A stretch of DNA of 64,000 bases from an uncultured Thermoleophilia bacterium. Its GTDB lineage: Bacteria > Actinomycetota > Thermoleophilia > UBA2241. The stretch lies in NCBI GenBank assembly GCA_963765635.1, contig CAVXXF010000004.1, positions 1,348,932 to 1,412,931 of the forward strand, written 5' to 3'. Position 1 is the stretch's first letter; every line of letters begins with the position of its first letter. This document shows positions 35,290-43,926 of the stretch, in pieces. Made by a program: the position numbers and the translations under genes. The notes under the pieces are model-generated. The model had not been told where the DNA came from and did not search any database. It saw only the letters and a list, made by a program, of their open reading frames with translations.

Positions 35290-37647
35290 TCACTTCTTGT
35301 TGTCCACCCAGATGGTCATGCCGTAGGCGTCCATGCTCCTGACCTGGATGCGCACACCGAGGTTCCGCGGGATCTTCACCCCGGCCTCGGGGGTCTCGGC
35401 GAACCAGTACGTCCAAGTGTCCTTGAACCACGTTTGCGCGCCCTTGCCGGGGGCGACGCTCTCGCCCACCGCCACGCCGGCGTCGTAATCGCGGAACCAG
35501 ATGCTCTGAGACGGAGTGCGTGTGGTGCTGAAGGCCGCGTCGCGCACCTGGATGCGCGGCCGCCAGAAGCCGATGGTCTCGTCGTAGCCGACCGCGTCCG
35601 GCTGCGGCCGCGCGTCGATGACCATCCAGCCGCCCGCGCCGATGTGCGAGGCCACGTCGTTGTCCTGCCAGAACGTGTCGCGGTAGATGAGATGCAGGCC
35701 CTGGTTGTAGCTGAACCAGTCGACCCAGTTGTCGTAGAGGCCGTTGAACTGGTAGCAGTTCTTGAGACCGGCGTCGGAGCCGTCGCGGGTGCGGTACTCG
35801 GCGATGTAGTAGTTTTCGCTCATGCTGGCCTTCGCGCCGTCGACGCGCAGCCAGCCGGCGTTGGTGAAGCCGGCGGTGGCGATGGGAACGCCGCCGACGC
35901 TGACATCGGTGACCTCCCAGCCGTTGTTGGCCACGCCGCCATCGGTGGAGTAGCGGAACTGGAGCAGCACGCGCTTGCCGGCATAGGCGCTGAGGTCGTA
36001 GGTGATGGTGTCGGCCCAGTGCTCGGTGTCGGTGCCCGTGAGGGCGAACTCGCCGGGCTGGACTTCGACGGTGTTGCCCGGGCTCTGGACCGTGGCCCAT
36101 GTGGCGCCGCCGTCGTCGGAGACGCGCACATAGCCGTAGTCGTAGTTCTCCTCGATGTCGTACCAGGTGCGCAGAGAGAGGACCGCCCGGTCGCCGCCGG
36201 GCACGGTCACGGCCGACGTCGTCGTGAGCCGGTCGTCGAGGTCGTTGCCCATGCCGGAGTACCACTCCAGGGCCCCGTCCTTGCCGCTGAGCGCGATGAC
36301 GTGCTTGCGTTTCGGCAGGGGGATGATGACACCCGTCGAGCCGGCGGCGCCGATCGCCGCGGGCTGGAGCTTCACCGTGGCGGTCGCGCCGCGCTTCACG
36401 ACCTTTGGCGTGACGAAGCCCAGAGCGTACTTGTCCCACACGTTCATGGCGCTGGGCTGGCTGCCGAGGCCCCACTGGCGGCCGAGCCACGCGCCACTGG
36501 ACATGATCGTCCAGAAGCCGGAACTGGCGTCGCCGGTGGTACTCGAGTAGTCGTACTCGTCGGGGAGGCCGAGATCGTGGCCGAACTCGTGGCAGAACAC
36601 GCCCGCGTCGCCATCCTCGGGGTTGATGGTGTACGCGGAGACCCAGATGCCGGTCTGCGCGGGCCCCTGGCCCGCGGTGCCCGGCACCATAGAGCCGCCC
36701 CCGTCGCCGGGGCCGCCGTCGGTCCTCTCGAGGATGTCGCCGGAATGCGCCCAGATGGAGTCGGAGCCCTGGGCACCGCCACCGGCGGACTGGTCGCTGC
36801 CGGCGTGGATCAGGATCAGGTGGTCGACGTAGCCGTCGGCCCGGTAGAAGTCGCCGCCGCTGATGCCGTAGGGGTTCTCATTATCGTAGTCGGCCCACGG
36901 GAAGTCGGGGTTCTCGGCGGCGAACTTGGCGACGGCGTCGCGGGCGACGCGCCACACCGGGCCGGTGAGGTCGTCGGTGACGTTCTCGGGGTCGCTGTCG
37001 GCGCCGTACCACGACTCGGGCATGTCGAGCTTGACCCACTCGGCGATGTCGCCGGCTACCGTGAACGTGCCGTGCGACTGCTCGAGGTACCAGTTGCGCA
37101 TCGTCGAGTCGCTGCTGCCGCGGTATCTCCCGGAGGCGTCGTAGATCGGGTAGGAGTTGCCGAACAGTTCCTGCTGGTAGTGCATCGGCGAGAAGTCGCC
37201 CGGCCAGAAGGTGGCATTGTCGTCGGCGGCGGGCGCCGGGATGGCGCCGTGCGCGGGTCCGGGGGTCATGGGCCCGGTGGGAGCGGGAGAGCCGGCCGGC
37301 CAGGGGTCGTCGCCGAACTCGACCAGCAGCACCAGAGTCCTGGTGGTGTAGGTCCGGGTGGCGCCGGGATCGGCCGCGCGCTGTCCCAGGAAGCGGCCCA
37401 GGCTCGTCTGCTTGCCGCTCAGGGTGCGCTGCACGAGCGGCGACTTGAGCTCGTAGTTCGGGCCGCTGCCGTACACGGTCCTGACGGTGGAGCTCGCCAT
37501 CTCCGCGGTAGCGTAGCTGGGGATGACGCCGAGCTCGGCGAGGTGCCTGGCCATGAGGAGCTCGTTGGGCGGCACGGCGCCGGCCGGCGCTGCCACCAGG
37601 ATCGTGAGCAGCGCTCCCAGCGCCGCCGCAAACAGACATCTCCGCAC
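35290..37647 (-). CDS. Secreted M6-family metalloprotease (immune inhibitor A/InhA-like)
   Basis: Signal peptide MRRCLFAAALGALLTILVAAPAGA; zincin HEFGHDLGLPDEYD motif; 785 aa typical of M6 peptidases. Confidence 0.9.
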   Translation of the reverse strand: MRRCLFAAALGALLTILVAAPAGAVPPNELLMARHLAELGVIPSYATAEMASSTVRTVYGSGPNYELKSPLVQRTLSGKQTSLGRFLGQRAADPGATRTYTTRTLVLLVEFGDDPWPAGSPAPTGPMTPGPAHGAIPAPAADDNATFWPGDFSPMHYQQELFGNSYPIYDASGRYRGSSDSTMRNWYLEQSHGTFTVAGDIAEWVKLDMPESWYGADSDPENVTDDLTGPVWRVARDAVAKFAAENPDFPWADYDNENPYGISGGDFYRADGYVDHLILIHAGSDQSAGGGAQGSDSIWAHSGDILERTDGGPGDGGGSMVPGTAGQGPAQTGIWVSAYTINPEDGDAGVFCHEFGHDLGLPDEYDYSSTTGDASSGFWTIMSSGAWLGRQWGLGSQPSAMNVWDKYALGFVTPKVVKRGATATVKLQPAAIGAAGSTGVIIPLPKRKHVIALSGKDGALEWYSGMGNDLDDRLTTTSAVTVPGGDRAVLSLRTWYDIEENYDYGYVRVSDDGGATWATVQSPGNTVEVQPGEFALTGTDTEHWADTITYDLSAYAGKRVLLQFRYSTDGGVANNGWEVTDVSVGGVPIATAGFTNAGWLRVDGAKASMSENYYIAEYRTRDGSDAGLKNCYQFNGLYDNWVDWFSYNQGLHLIYRDTFWQDNDVASHIGAGGWMVIDARPQPDAVGYDETIGFWRPRIQVRDAAFSTTRTPSQSIWFRDYDAGVAVGESVAPGKGAQTWFKDTWTYWFAETPEAGVKIPRNLGVRIQVRSMDAYGMTIWVDNKK

Positions 37648-37780
37648 GATTGCCCCCTCGGTCGCCGGTGGGTGCGAAGGCGCGCCGCGTTCGGCGGGAC
37701 GATCTCCCTTCCAGGGCGCGGCGCGCTGCTGGCCGGGATTCTACTCGCGACGAGGCCCGGCGGCGAGCCGCGCCGCGGCC

Positions 37781-37830
37781 AAGACGCACAAGGGCGGGGC
37801 GCTCGTGAGCGCCCCGCCCTTGTGCGTCTT
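37781..37830. terminator. Perfect 22-bp-stem hairpin (6-nt loop) between fmdB-like gene and the M6 protease gene; likely intrinsic terminator
   Basis: AAGACGCACAAGGGCGGGGCGC-TCGTGA-GCGCCCCGCCCTTGTGCGTCTT read directly; no U-tract, which is common in high-GC genomes. Confidence 0.55.
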
Positions 37831-37868
37831 CGTTCCGTGCGGCGCGACCGCGCCGCGGCTGTTCAGCC

Positions 37869-38066
37869 TCAGCCGAAGGGGCTGCCGCCCGAGGGCGCGC
37901 AGCCTGCGTTTGAGCCTCCGAGGCCGCGCAGGAAGCTCGAGAACTTCTGCCGCACGTCTTCGGAGCCGCATTCGGGGCACACTCGGTCCTCGTCCTTGAG
38001 GAACCCCTGGTGGAACACCTCGAACTCGTGATCGCACTTCTCACAGACCAGATCGTAGGAAGCCAT
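37869..38066 (-). CDS. FmdB-family zinc-ribbon protein
   Basis: 65 aa; CEKC...CPEC two CxxC pairs and FmdB consensus MASYDLVCEKCDHEFEV. Confidence 0.8.
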   Translation of the reverse strand: MASYDLVCEKCDHEFEVFHQGFLKDEDRVCPECGSEDVRQKFSSFLRGLGGSNAGCAPSGGSPFG

Positions 38067-38214
38067 GGCACTCCAAGTCGAATGGCGTCTTCATACCCTG
38101 GGGGGTATTATACCTCCACCGCCGGTGAGCGCAAACACGGGCCCAGCGGGTAAGCTCAGCACAGAAGTGCCGGCGAGCGCCGGTCTCACGTTGTCGTACA
38201 GAAGGGGACGCGCG

Positions 38215-38709
38215 ATGCATGCGAAAAGGCTCTGGCTCCTGCTCACGCTGCTTGCCCTCGTCGGGGCGGCGACTGCCCTCGGCGGCTGCGGGGGCTCGGG
38301 CTCGTCGACCTCCTCCGCCTCCACGGCGGACGTCCAATTCCTGTCGCCCAAGGAGTTCAGCGTTGCCGATTACGCGGGCAAGCCGCTGGTCGTCAATTAC
38401 TTCGGCTCGTGGTGCGGCCCCTGCAATGCCGAGGCGCCCGACCTCGCCACGTTCTCCAAGTCGAAGGAGGGAGAGGCGGCCTTTGTCGGGATCGCGGTCA
38501 ACGACACGCAGAGCGATGTCGTCGACTTCATGTCCCAGTACGGCCTCACCTACCCCGTCGTGCTCGACGACAACAGCCTCGGCGCCAAGGACGGCGTCAC
38601 CGGGGTGCCGACCACCATCTTCTACGACGCCGGCGGCCAGGAGGTGGACCGCATCGTGGGCGCGGCGAGTCTCGATCGTTTTGCCACGAGCTACGCCAAG
38701 ACCCAGTGA
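38215..38709 (+). CDS. TlpA/ResA-like thiol-disulfide oxidoreductase lipoprotein (thioredoxin fold)
   Basis: Lipobox LGGC, active site WCGPC, cis-Pro GVPTT; GAAGGGGA SD before ATG 38215. Confidence 0.85.
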   Translation: MHAKRLWLLLTLLALVGAATALGGCGGSGSSTSSASTADVQFLSPKEFSVADYAGKPLVVNYFGSWCGPCNAEAPDLATFSKSKEGEAAFVGIAVNDTQSDVVDFMSQYGLTYPVVLDDNSLGAKDGVTGVPTTIFYDAGGQEVDRIVGAASLDRFATSYAKTQ

Positions 38710-38765
38710 GCCTCCGCTGGCGCAGCATCCTCCGGAGCGCGCTCTGAGCCGCCCGTGAGCACGGC

Positions 38766-39491
38766 TTGCCTGTGATCGCGGCGCAGATCACTACGCTCAG
38801 CCTGTCGGGCGTGGGCCTCGCCTTTCTCGCCGGCCTGCTCTCGTTCGCGTCTCCGTGCGTGCTCCCCCTCCTGCCGGTGTACCTCTCGTTCATCTCCGGC
38901 GTCGCGGTGGAGAGTCTGGGCAGCGAGCGGCGGCGCTTGCTCTGGACCTCGCTGCTGTTCGTCGCCGGGTTCACCCTGGTGTTCGTGGCCATGGGCGCCG
39001 GCGCCGGTGGTGTCGGCCGGCTGCTCATCCGCTACCGGCATGAACTGACCATCGCCGCCGGCGCCTTCATCGTCGTCAGCGGTCTGGTGGTGGCCGGCGC
39101 CATCCATCTGCCCAAGCCGGTCATGCGGGTCACGCCCCGGCACGCGGGCGCGGGCGGCGCCTTTCTCACCGGCGTGGCTCTCGCCATCGGCTGGACGCCG
39201 TGCGTCGGGTACGTCCTCGGCGCTATCCTCAGTATGGCCGCGTCGAGCCAGAGCGCGCTGTCCGGAGCAGTGCTCCTTTTCGTCTACTCGGTCGGCTTGG
39301 GCGTCCCCTTCGTGCTGGCCGCCCTGGCCTTCGACTGGATGAACTCACGTCTCGGTTTCGTGAAGCGGCACTACCGCGCCATCCAGGTCGGGGCCGGGGT
39401 GCTGCTCGTCGTCTTCGGGGTGCTCATGATGCTCGGCCTGCTCGAGCAGATGGGCCGCTGGCTGCCGGCTTTCAGCCCGGGCGGCCTCTGA
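38766..39491 (+). CDS. ccdA: Cytochrome c-type biogenesis protein CcdA (DsbD-like transmembrane reductant conduit)
   Basis: Six TM helices, conserved Cys in TM1 (FASPCVLPLLPVYL) and TM4 (GWTPCVGYVLG). Confidence 0.85.
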   Translation: MPVIAAQITTLSLSGVGLAFLAGLLSFASPCVLPLLPVYLSFISGVAVESLGSERRRLLWTSLLFVAGFTLVFVAMGAGAGGVGRLLIRYRHELTIAAGAFIVVSGLVVAGAIHLPKPVMRVTPRHAGAGGAFLTGVALAIGWTPCVGYVLGAILSMAASSQSALSGAVLLFVYSVGLGVPFVLAALAFDWMNSRLGFVKRHYRAIQVGAGVLLVVFGVLMMLGLLEQMGRWLPAFSPGGL

Positions 39492-39509
39492 GGCGGTATC
39501 CTTGGCGCC

Positions 39510-42374
39510 ATGAGCGCCCGCCACCGCATCCCCGAGCTCACCCCTGAGGGGCGCGCCGCCGGCGAAGCGTTGCGGCGCGTGGCCGCCGGTACCGTCTCCA
39601 CATCGCCGCTCAAGCGCTGGCTGTACTCGACCGACGCCTCGATCTACCGCGTCGTCCCCGACGTGGTGCTCGTCGCGGCGTCGGTCGCCGACCTGCACGC
39701 CGCGGCGGCGGTCGCCGCCGAGTACGGCGTGCCGCTGGTCGCCCGCGGCGCCGCCTCCAGCGTCGCGGGTCAGGCCGTGGGGCCGGGCATCGCCGTCGAC
39801 TGCTTCAAGCTCGACCGCATCCTGGACATCGACCCGGAGGCGCGCCTCGCGCGAGTGGAGCCAGGCGTGATCCAGTTGTCGCTGAACCGCGCCGCCGCGG
39901 CTTTCGGCCTGGAGTTCGGTCCCGACACCTCGACGGTGGACCAGGCCACGATCGGCGGCATGGTGGGCAACAACTCCTCGGGGTCACGGTCGATCATCTA
40001 CGGGGAGACCAAGGACAAGGTGCTGAGCGTGCATGCCGTCCTCGCCGGCGGTGGGCAGCTGGTCTTTGGGCAGTGCCGCGGCGCCGATCTGGCGAGCGGG
40101 CTGACGGGGCCGGGGGCGGCCGGGCCGGCGGCGGCGCTCGCGGAAGTCCGCGAGCGCTATCGCCGGCCGATCGCCGAAGATTCCCCGCAGACGCGCCGCT
40201 GCACATGCGGCTACAACCTGCGTGAGCTGCTCGAGCCTGAGCCGAACCTCGGCAAGTTGCTGGCCGGGTCCGAGGGCACGCTGGCGCTGTTCACCGAGAT
40301 CGAGGTGGCGCTCGACCTGCTGCCGGCGGCGCGCACCGGGGCGGCGCTGACCTTCGTCACCCTGCGCGCCGCCCTCGAGGCCAACGTCGCCATCCTCGAG
40401 ACCGGCCCTTCGGCGGTCGAGATCCTCGACCTCGAGGCGCTGCGGGCGGCGCCCAACCTCGCCGGCTTCGCCCGCATGGCGCCGTTGCTTGCCGGCGAGG
40501 AGCGGGCGTTGCTCACCGTCGAGTATCAGGGCAGCGGGGAAGAGGCGCGCGCCGGCCTCGGCCGCCTGCGCGCGCTGGCCGGCGACCTCGCCGCGGTCCG
40601 GCGGGAATGGCTGGAAGACCCCGCGGCGCTCGCCGAGGCGGGCGCCCTGCGGCGGGCGGCACTGCCGCTGCTCATGGGCGCTCCCGGCGCCGAGCGCCCG
40701 GCATCCTTCGTCGAAGACACGGCCGTGGCACCGGAGCGTCTGGCCGACTTCGTCGACGAGTTCGAGCGCCTCGTCGCGGCCGAAGGGGCGCGTGCCTCCT
40801 TCACGGGGCACGCCTCTGCCGGCTGTTTGCATGTCCGGCCGCTGCTCGACCTCAAGTCGGCGGCCGGCGTGCAGCGCATGGATGCGCTGGCCGGGGCGGT
40901 CGGACGCCTCGTCGCCGAGTACCACGGCGCGATCTCAGGGGAGCACGGCGTCGGACGCTCGCGCAGCTGGTGCCTGCCCGCTCTCCTTGGCTCAGACCTG
41001 TACGCGGCCATGGTCGCGCTCAAGGACGCCTTCGACCCTCGCCGCCTGCTGGGGCCGGGGACTATCGTCGGTGGCTCCGCCGTGACCGACTGCCTGCGTT
41101 ACGGCGCCGATTACCGCGGCGCCGGCACCTGGGCGCCACGGCTCTCGTTTGCCGCCGAAGGCGGCTTCGACCTGGCCGTCGAGAAGTGCTTCGGCGCCGG
41201 CCTCTGCAAGAAGCTCACGGGGACCATGTGTCCACCGGCGGCGGCCTCTCGCAGCGAGATTTACGGGACGCGCGCGAGGGCCAACGCTCTGCAGGGCGTG
41301 CTCTGCGGCGCCGTCCCGCTCGCGGCCATCGGGGCGCACGAGTTTCGGGAGGTGCTCGGCACGTGCGTCGCCTGCAAGGCCTGCAAGAGCGAGTGCCCGG
41401 CCGGCGTCGACATGGCCGCTCTCAAGGTGGAGTGGCTCGCCGAGCTGCGCGCCAGGGAGGGCGTCCCGGCCCTGGCGCGTGGCATCGGCGAGTTTCGCCG
41501 TCTTGCGGCGCTGGCGTCGCCGCTGGCGCCGCTCGTGAACGCGCTCGCGCAGACGCGCCTCGCACGCCTGGTCTCAGACCGCGCCGGCGTCGCCCCCCAG
41601 CGGCCCTTGCCGGCGTTCGCACGGCGCCCCCTCACGCGGCGCCTGTCCGGCTCGTCCGCCCACGCGCCGGCGGCGTTGTTCGTCGACTGTTTCGTGCAGT
41701 ACCAGGAACCCCAGGTCGGCGAGGCGCTGGCGCACCTGCTGCGCGCCGCCGGTGTCGAGCTGGATCTCGTGAACGCCGGCTGCTGCGGGCGCACCGCGCT
41801 CTCGAGCGGGCAGATCGACAAGGCGCGCGCCGCGGCCGCCGCGGCGCTGACCGCGCTCCACGCGCGCGCCGCCGAAGGCTGCGACCTGCTCTTCATCGAG
41901 CCGAGTTGCCTGTCGATGGTGTGCGATGACTGGCGGCGCCTGCTGCCGGGAGATCCGCGCGTCGCCGAGGTGGCGGCAGCCGCGCGCCCGGCGCTGGCGC
42001 TGGTCGCCGACCAGGCCGCGGCCGGGCGTCTGCGCTTCCGCGCCGGCGGCCGCGCGCTGCTGCACAGCCACTGCCACGAGAAGGCGCTGTCGTTCGCGGT
42101 GGCCACCCAGCGCGCTCTCGGGGTCGTGCCGGACCTCGACGTCGAAATGCTCGACGCCGGCTGCTGCGGCATGTCCGGCGTATTCGGCTACGAGGCCGAG
42201 CACTACGGGCTCAGCGTCGCCATGGCCGAGCGGGTCCTGCTCCCGGCGGTACGCGCCGAGGGGCCGGAGACGGCCGTGCTGGCGACGGGCACGTCGTGCC
42301 GCACGCAGATCCACGACCTCGCCGGGCGACCCGCCCTGCACCCGCTGGAGTTTCTCGCGGCGCGTGTACGATGA
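39510..42374 (+). CDS. FAD-linked oxidase (GlcD/D-lactate dehydrogenase-like) fused to Fe-S/CCG-domain oxidoreductase (GlcF/GlpC-like)
   Basis: 954 aa. N-terminal FAD_binding_4 (GAASSVAGQA...TIGGMVGNNSSG) and FAD-oxidase C domain. Then two CxxCxxCxxxCP ferredoxin motifs (CVACKACKSECP) and two CCG cysteine-rich domains (GCCG). Confidence 0.85.
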   Translation: MSARHRIPELTPEGRAAGEALRRVAAGTVSTSPLKRWLYSTDASIYRVVPDVVLVAASVADLHAAAAVAAEYGVPLVARGAASSVAGQAVGPGIAVDCFKLDRILDIDPEARLARVEPGVIQLSLNRAAAAFGLEFGPDTSTVDQATIGGMVGNNSSGSRSIIYGETKDKVLSVHAVLAGGGQLVFGQCRGADLASGLTGPGAAGPAAALAEVRERYRRPIAEDSPQTRRCTCGYNLRELLEPEPNLGKLLAGSEGTLALFTEIEVALDLLPAARTGAALTFVTLRAALEANVAILETGPSAVEILDLEALRAAPNLAGFARMAPLLAGEERALLTVEYQGSGEEARAGLGRLRALAGDLAAVRREWLEDPAALAEAGALRRAALPLLMGAPGAERPASFVEDTAVAPERLADFVDEFERLVAAEGARASFTGHASAGCLHVRPLLDLKSAAGVQRMDALAGAVGRLVAEYHGAISGEHGVGRSRSWCLPALLGSDLYAAMVALKDAFDPRRLLGPGTIVGGSAVTDCLRYGADYRGAGTWAPRLSFAAEGGFDLAVEKCFGAGLCKKLTGTMCPPAAASRSEIYGTRARANALQGVLCGAVPLAAIGAHEFREVLGTCVACKACKSECPAGVDMAALKVEWLAELRAREGVPALARGIGEFRRLAALASPLAPLVNALAQTRLARLVSDRAGVAPQRPLPAFARRPLTRRLSGSSAHAPAALFVDCFVQYQEPQVGEALAHLLRAAGVELDLVNAGCCGRTALSSGQIDKARAAAAAALTALHARAAEGCDLLFIEPSCLSMVCDDWRRLLPGDPRVAEVAAAARPALALVADQAAAGRLRFRAGGRALLHSHCHEKALSFAVATQRALGVVPDLDVEMLDAGCCGMSGVFGYEAEHYGLSVAMAERVLLPAVRAEGPETAVLATGTSCRTQIHDLAGRPALHPLEFLAARVR

Positions 42375-42559
42375 GCGGCATGAATCTCGTGATCGTCGTC
42401 GCCGGGATCGTGGGGCTCCTCGTGGCGGGCTACGGCTTGGTCACTCTGACTATCGACGCCCGGCGCCACCGCCAGTACCTCGATATCGTCCTGGCGGTCG
42501 CGGTCGCGGTCGCGGTCGTGGTCGTGCTCATCGCCTACGGCGATCGCCTCCTGAGGTAG
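42371..42559 (+). CDS. Hypothetical 62-aa two-TM membrane protein
   Basis: ATGA overlap with the upstream oxidase stop; MSGMNLVIVVAGIVGLLVAGYGLV...VLAVAVAVAVVVVLIAYG. Confidence 0.4.
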   Translation: MSGMNLVIVVAGIVGLLVAGYGLVTLTIDARRHRQYLDIVLAVAVAVAVVVVLIAYGDRLLR

Positions 42560-42797
42560 TCCGGCCGGCGCTGCGCCAGGACCGCCGGCCCTCTCGGCGC
42601 GGACACGCTCCTAAGGTCGGCGCCCGATGCTGCCGATACCCGCATACGTCCGGCGTGGGGGGAATCCGCACGCCCGGCGCGAATCTGAACAGCGCGGACA
42701 GGCCGCGCGTCACGGTGCCCGGGGTCAGCGCTTCGTGGGCATGGTGAAGAGGGCAGACGAGGGCCCGGCGCCTGCGCCGGAGTTGGAGAGTGAACTG

Positions 42798-43382
42798 ATG
42801 GCCAAACGCATCCTGGTCGTGGACGACGAACCGGATATTCGCAGGCTCGTCGCTGAGGCGCTGGTGGTCACCGGCTACGACGTGCATACGGCCGCGAACG
42901 GCCAGGAGGCCATTCGCGCGGCCTCCCTCTTCATCCCCGACCTCGTACTCCTCGACATCATGATGCCCGACATGGACGGTTTCGCCGTGTATGAGCGCCT
43001 GCGCGCCAAGCCCGTGGATCTGCGCTCGCCGATCATCTTCCTGACGGCGAGACGGGAGATCAACGACAAGCTCCTGGGTTTCGAGAAGGGCGCCGCCGAC
43101 TACATCACGAAGCCGTTCCACATCAAGGAACTGCTGGCTCGCGTCAAGGTGCATCTCGGAGAACTGGGGCCGCCCAAGGGGGACATCCCCAATCCCCTCA
43201 CCGACCGCGAGCTCGAGGTCCTCGGGCTCCTGGCCAGTGGCAAGACGTACAAGCAGGTCGCAAGGGCGCTGGACCTTTCGCAGAGTACGGTGCGCAACCA
43301 TCTGCACAACGTCTACCACAAGATCAACGTGGTCGACCGCGCGCAGGCGGTCATCGTCAGCCGCGAGAACGGCTGGATCTAG
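42798..43382 (+). CDS. NarL/FixJ-family response regulator (receiver plus LuxR-type HTH)
   Basis: ILVVDDEPDIRRL...LLDIMMPDMDG...GAADYITKPF receiver; C-terminal LTDRELEVLGLLASGKTYKQVARALDLSQSTVRNHLHNVYHKI; GGAGAG SD before ATG 42798. Confidence 0.85.
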   Translation: MAKRILVVDDEPDIRRLVAEALVVTGYDVHTAANGQEAIRAASLFIPDLVLLDIMMPDMDGFAVYERLRAKPVDLRSPIIFLTARREINDKLLGFEKGAADYITKPFHIKELLARVKVHLGELGPPKGDIPNPLTDRELEVLGLLASGKTYKQVARALDLSQSTVRNHLHNVYHKINVVDRAQAVIVSRENGWI

Positions 43383-43383
43383 C

Positions 43384-43659
43384 TCAGGAAGCCGAGAACG
43401 GCATGTCCGGAAGCGACCAGAAGGCGTCGCGCTCGCGGCGGTCGCCGTGGCGGCGTTCGCTGAACGGTCCGGCGCCGGAGACCCACCGTGGGTGACGGCG
43501 CTCGCCGGCGCGGCGGTCGACCACGACCTCGAGGTCGTCGCGCCCGGCGAACTTCTGCGTGAGGCGCTCGTAGAAGAAGCCTTCGAGCTGGCGCGGTATC
43601 ACGATCAGCTTGGGCTGCACGCTCTGCGTCGACGCGGGCATGCGGTACCTCCTCGACAC
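43384..43659 (-). CDS. Hypothetical 91-aa protein
   Basis: Strong GC3 coding bias; ...KLIVIPRQLEGFFYERLTQKFAGRDDLEVVVDRR...; no family recognised. Confidence 0.45.
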   Translation of the reverse strand: MSRRYRMPASTQSVQPKLIVIPRQLEGFFYERLTQKFAGRDDLEVVVDRRAGERRHPRWVSGAGPFSERRHGDRRERDAFWSLPDMPFSAS

Positions 43660-43926
43660 CGGTACGTTACCACTTCAAGTGCCGTGTCATTCGCCGCCGT
43701 GGCCGGAATCTCCTTGGATAGGCTCAGACGGACTTCGTCAGGCGTTGCCGAGCTGGGCGACGTCCGCGCCCACGCGGTCCCCGGACGCGGTCGTCATGAT
43801 CACCGAACCGTCGCGTCGAGCGCAGACCGCGGCCCCGGATTCGAGTACAATCATGGTCAGTCACGCATGACTTCGGACGCCGTGGTGGTGCGTGACTGCT
43901 CACAGGCCGACTAGAGGGAGCTGAGC

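Noticed and set aside
35434-38031. 865-aa plus-strand ORF
   Set aside because: Antisense to the M6 metalloprotease (HEFGHD motif, signal peptide) and spans the terminator hairpin; a GC-frame artefact.
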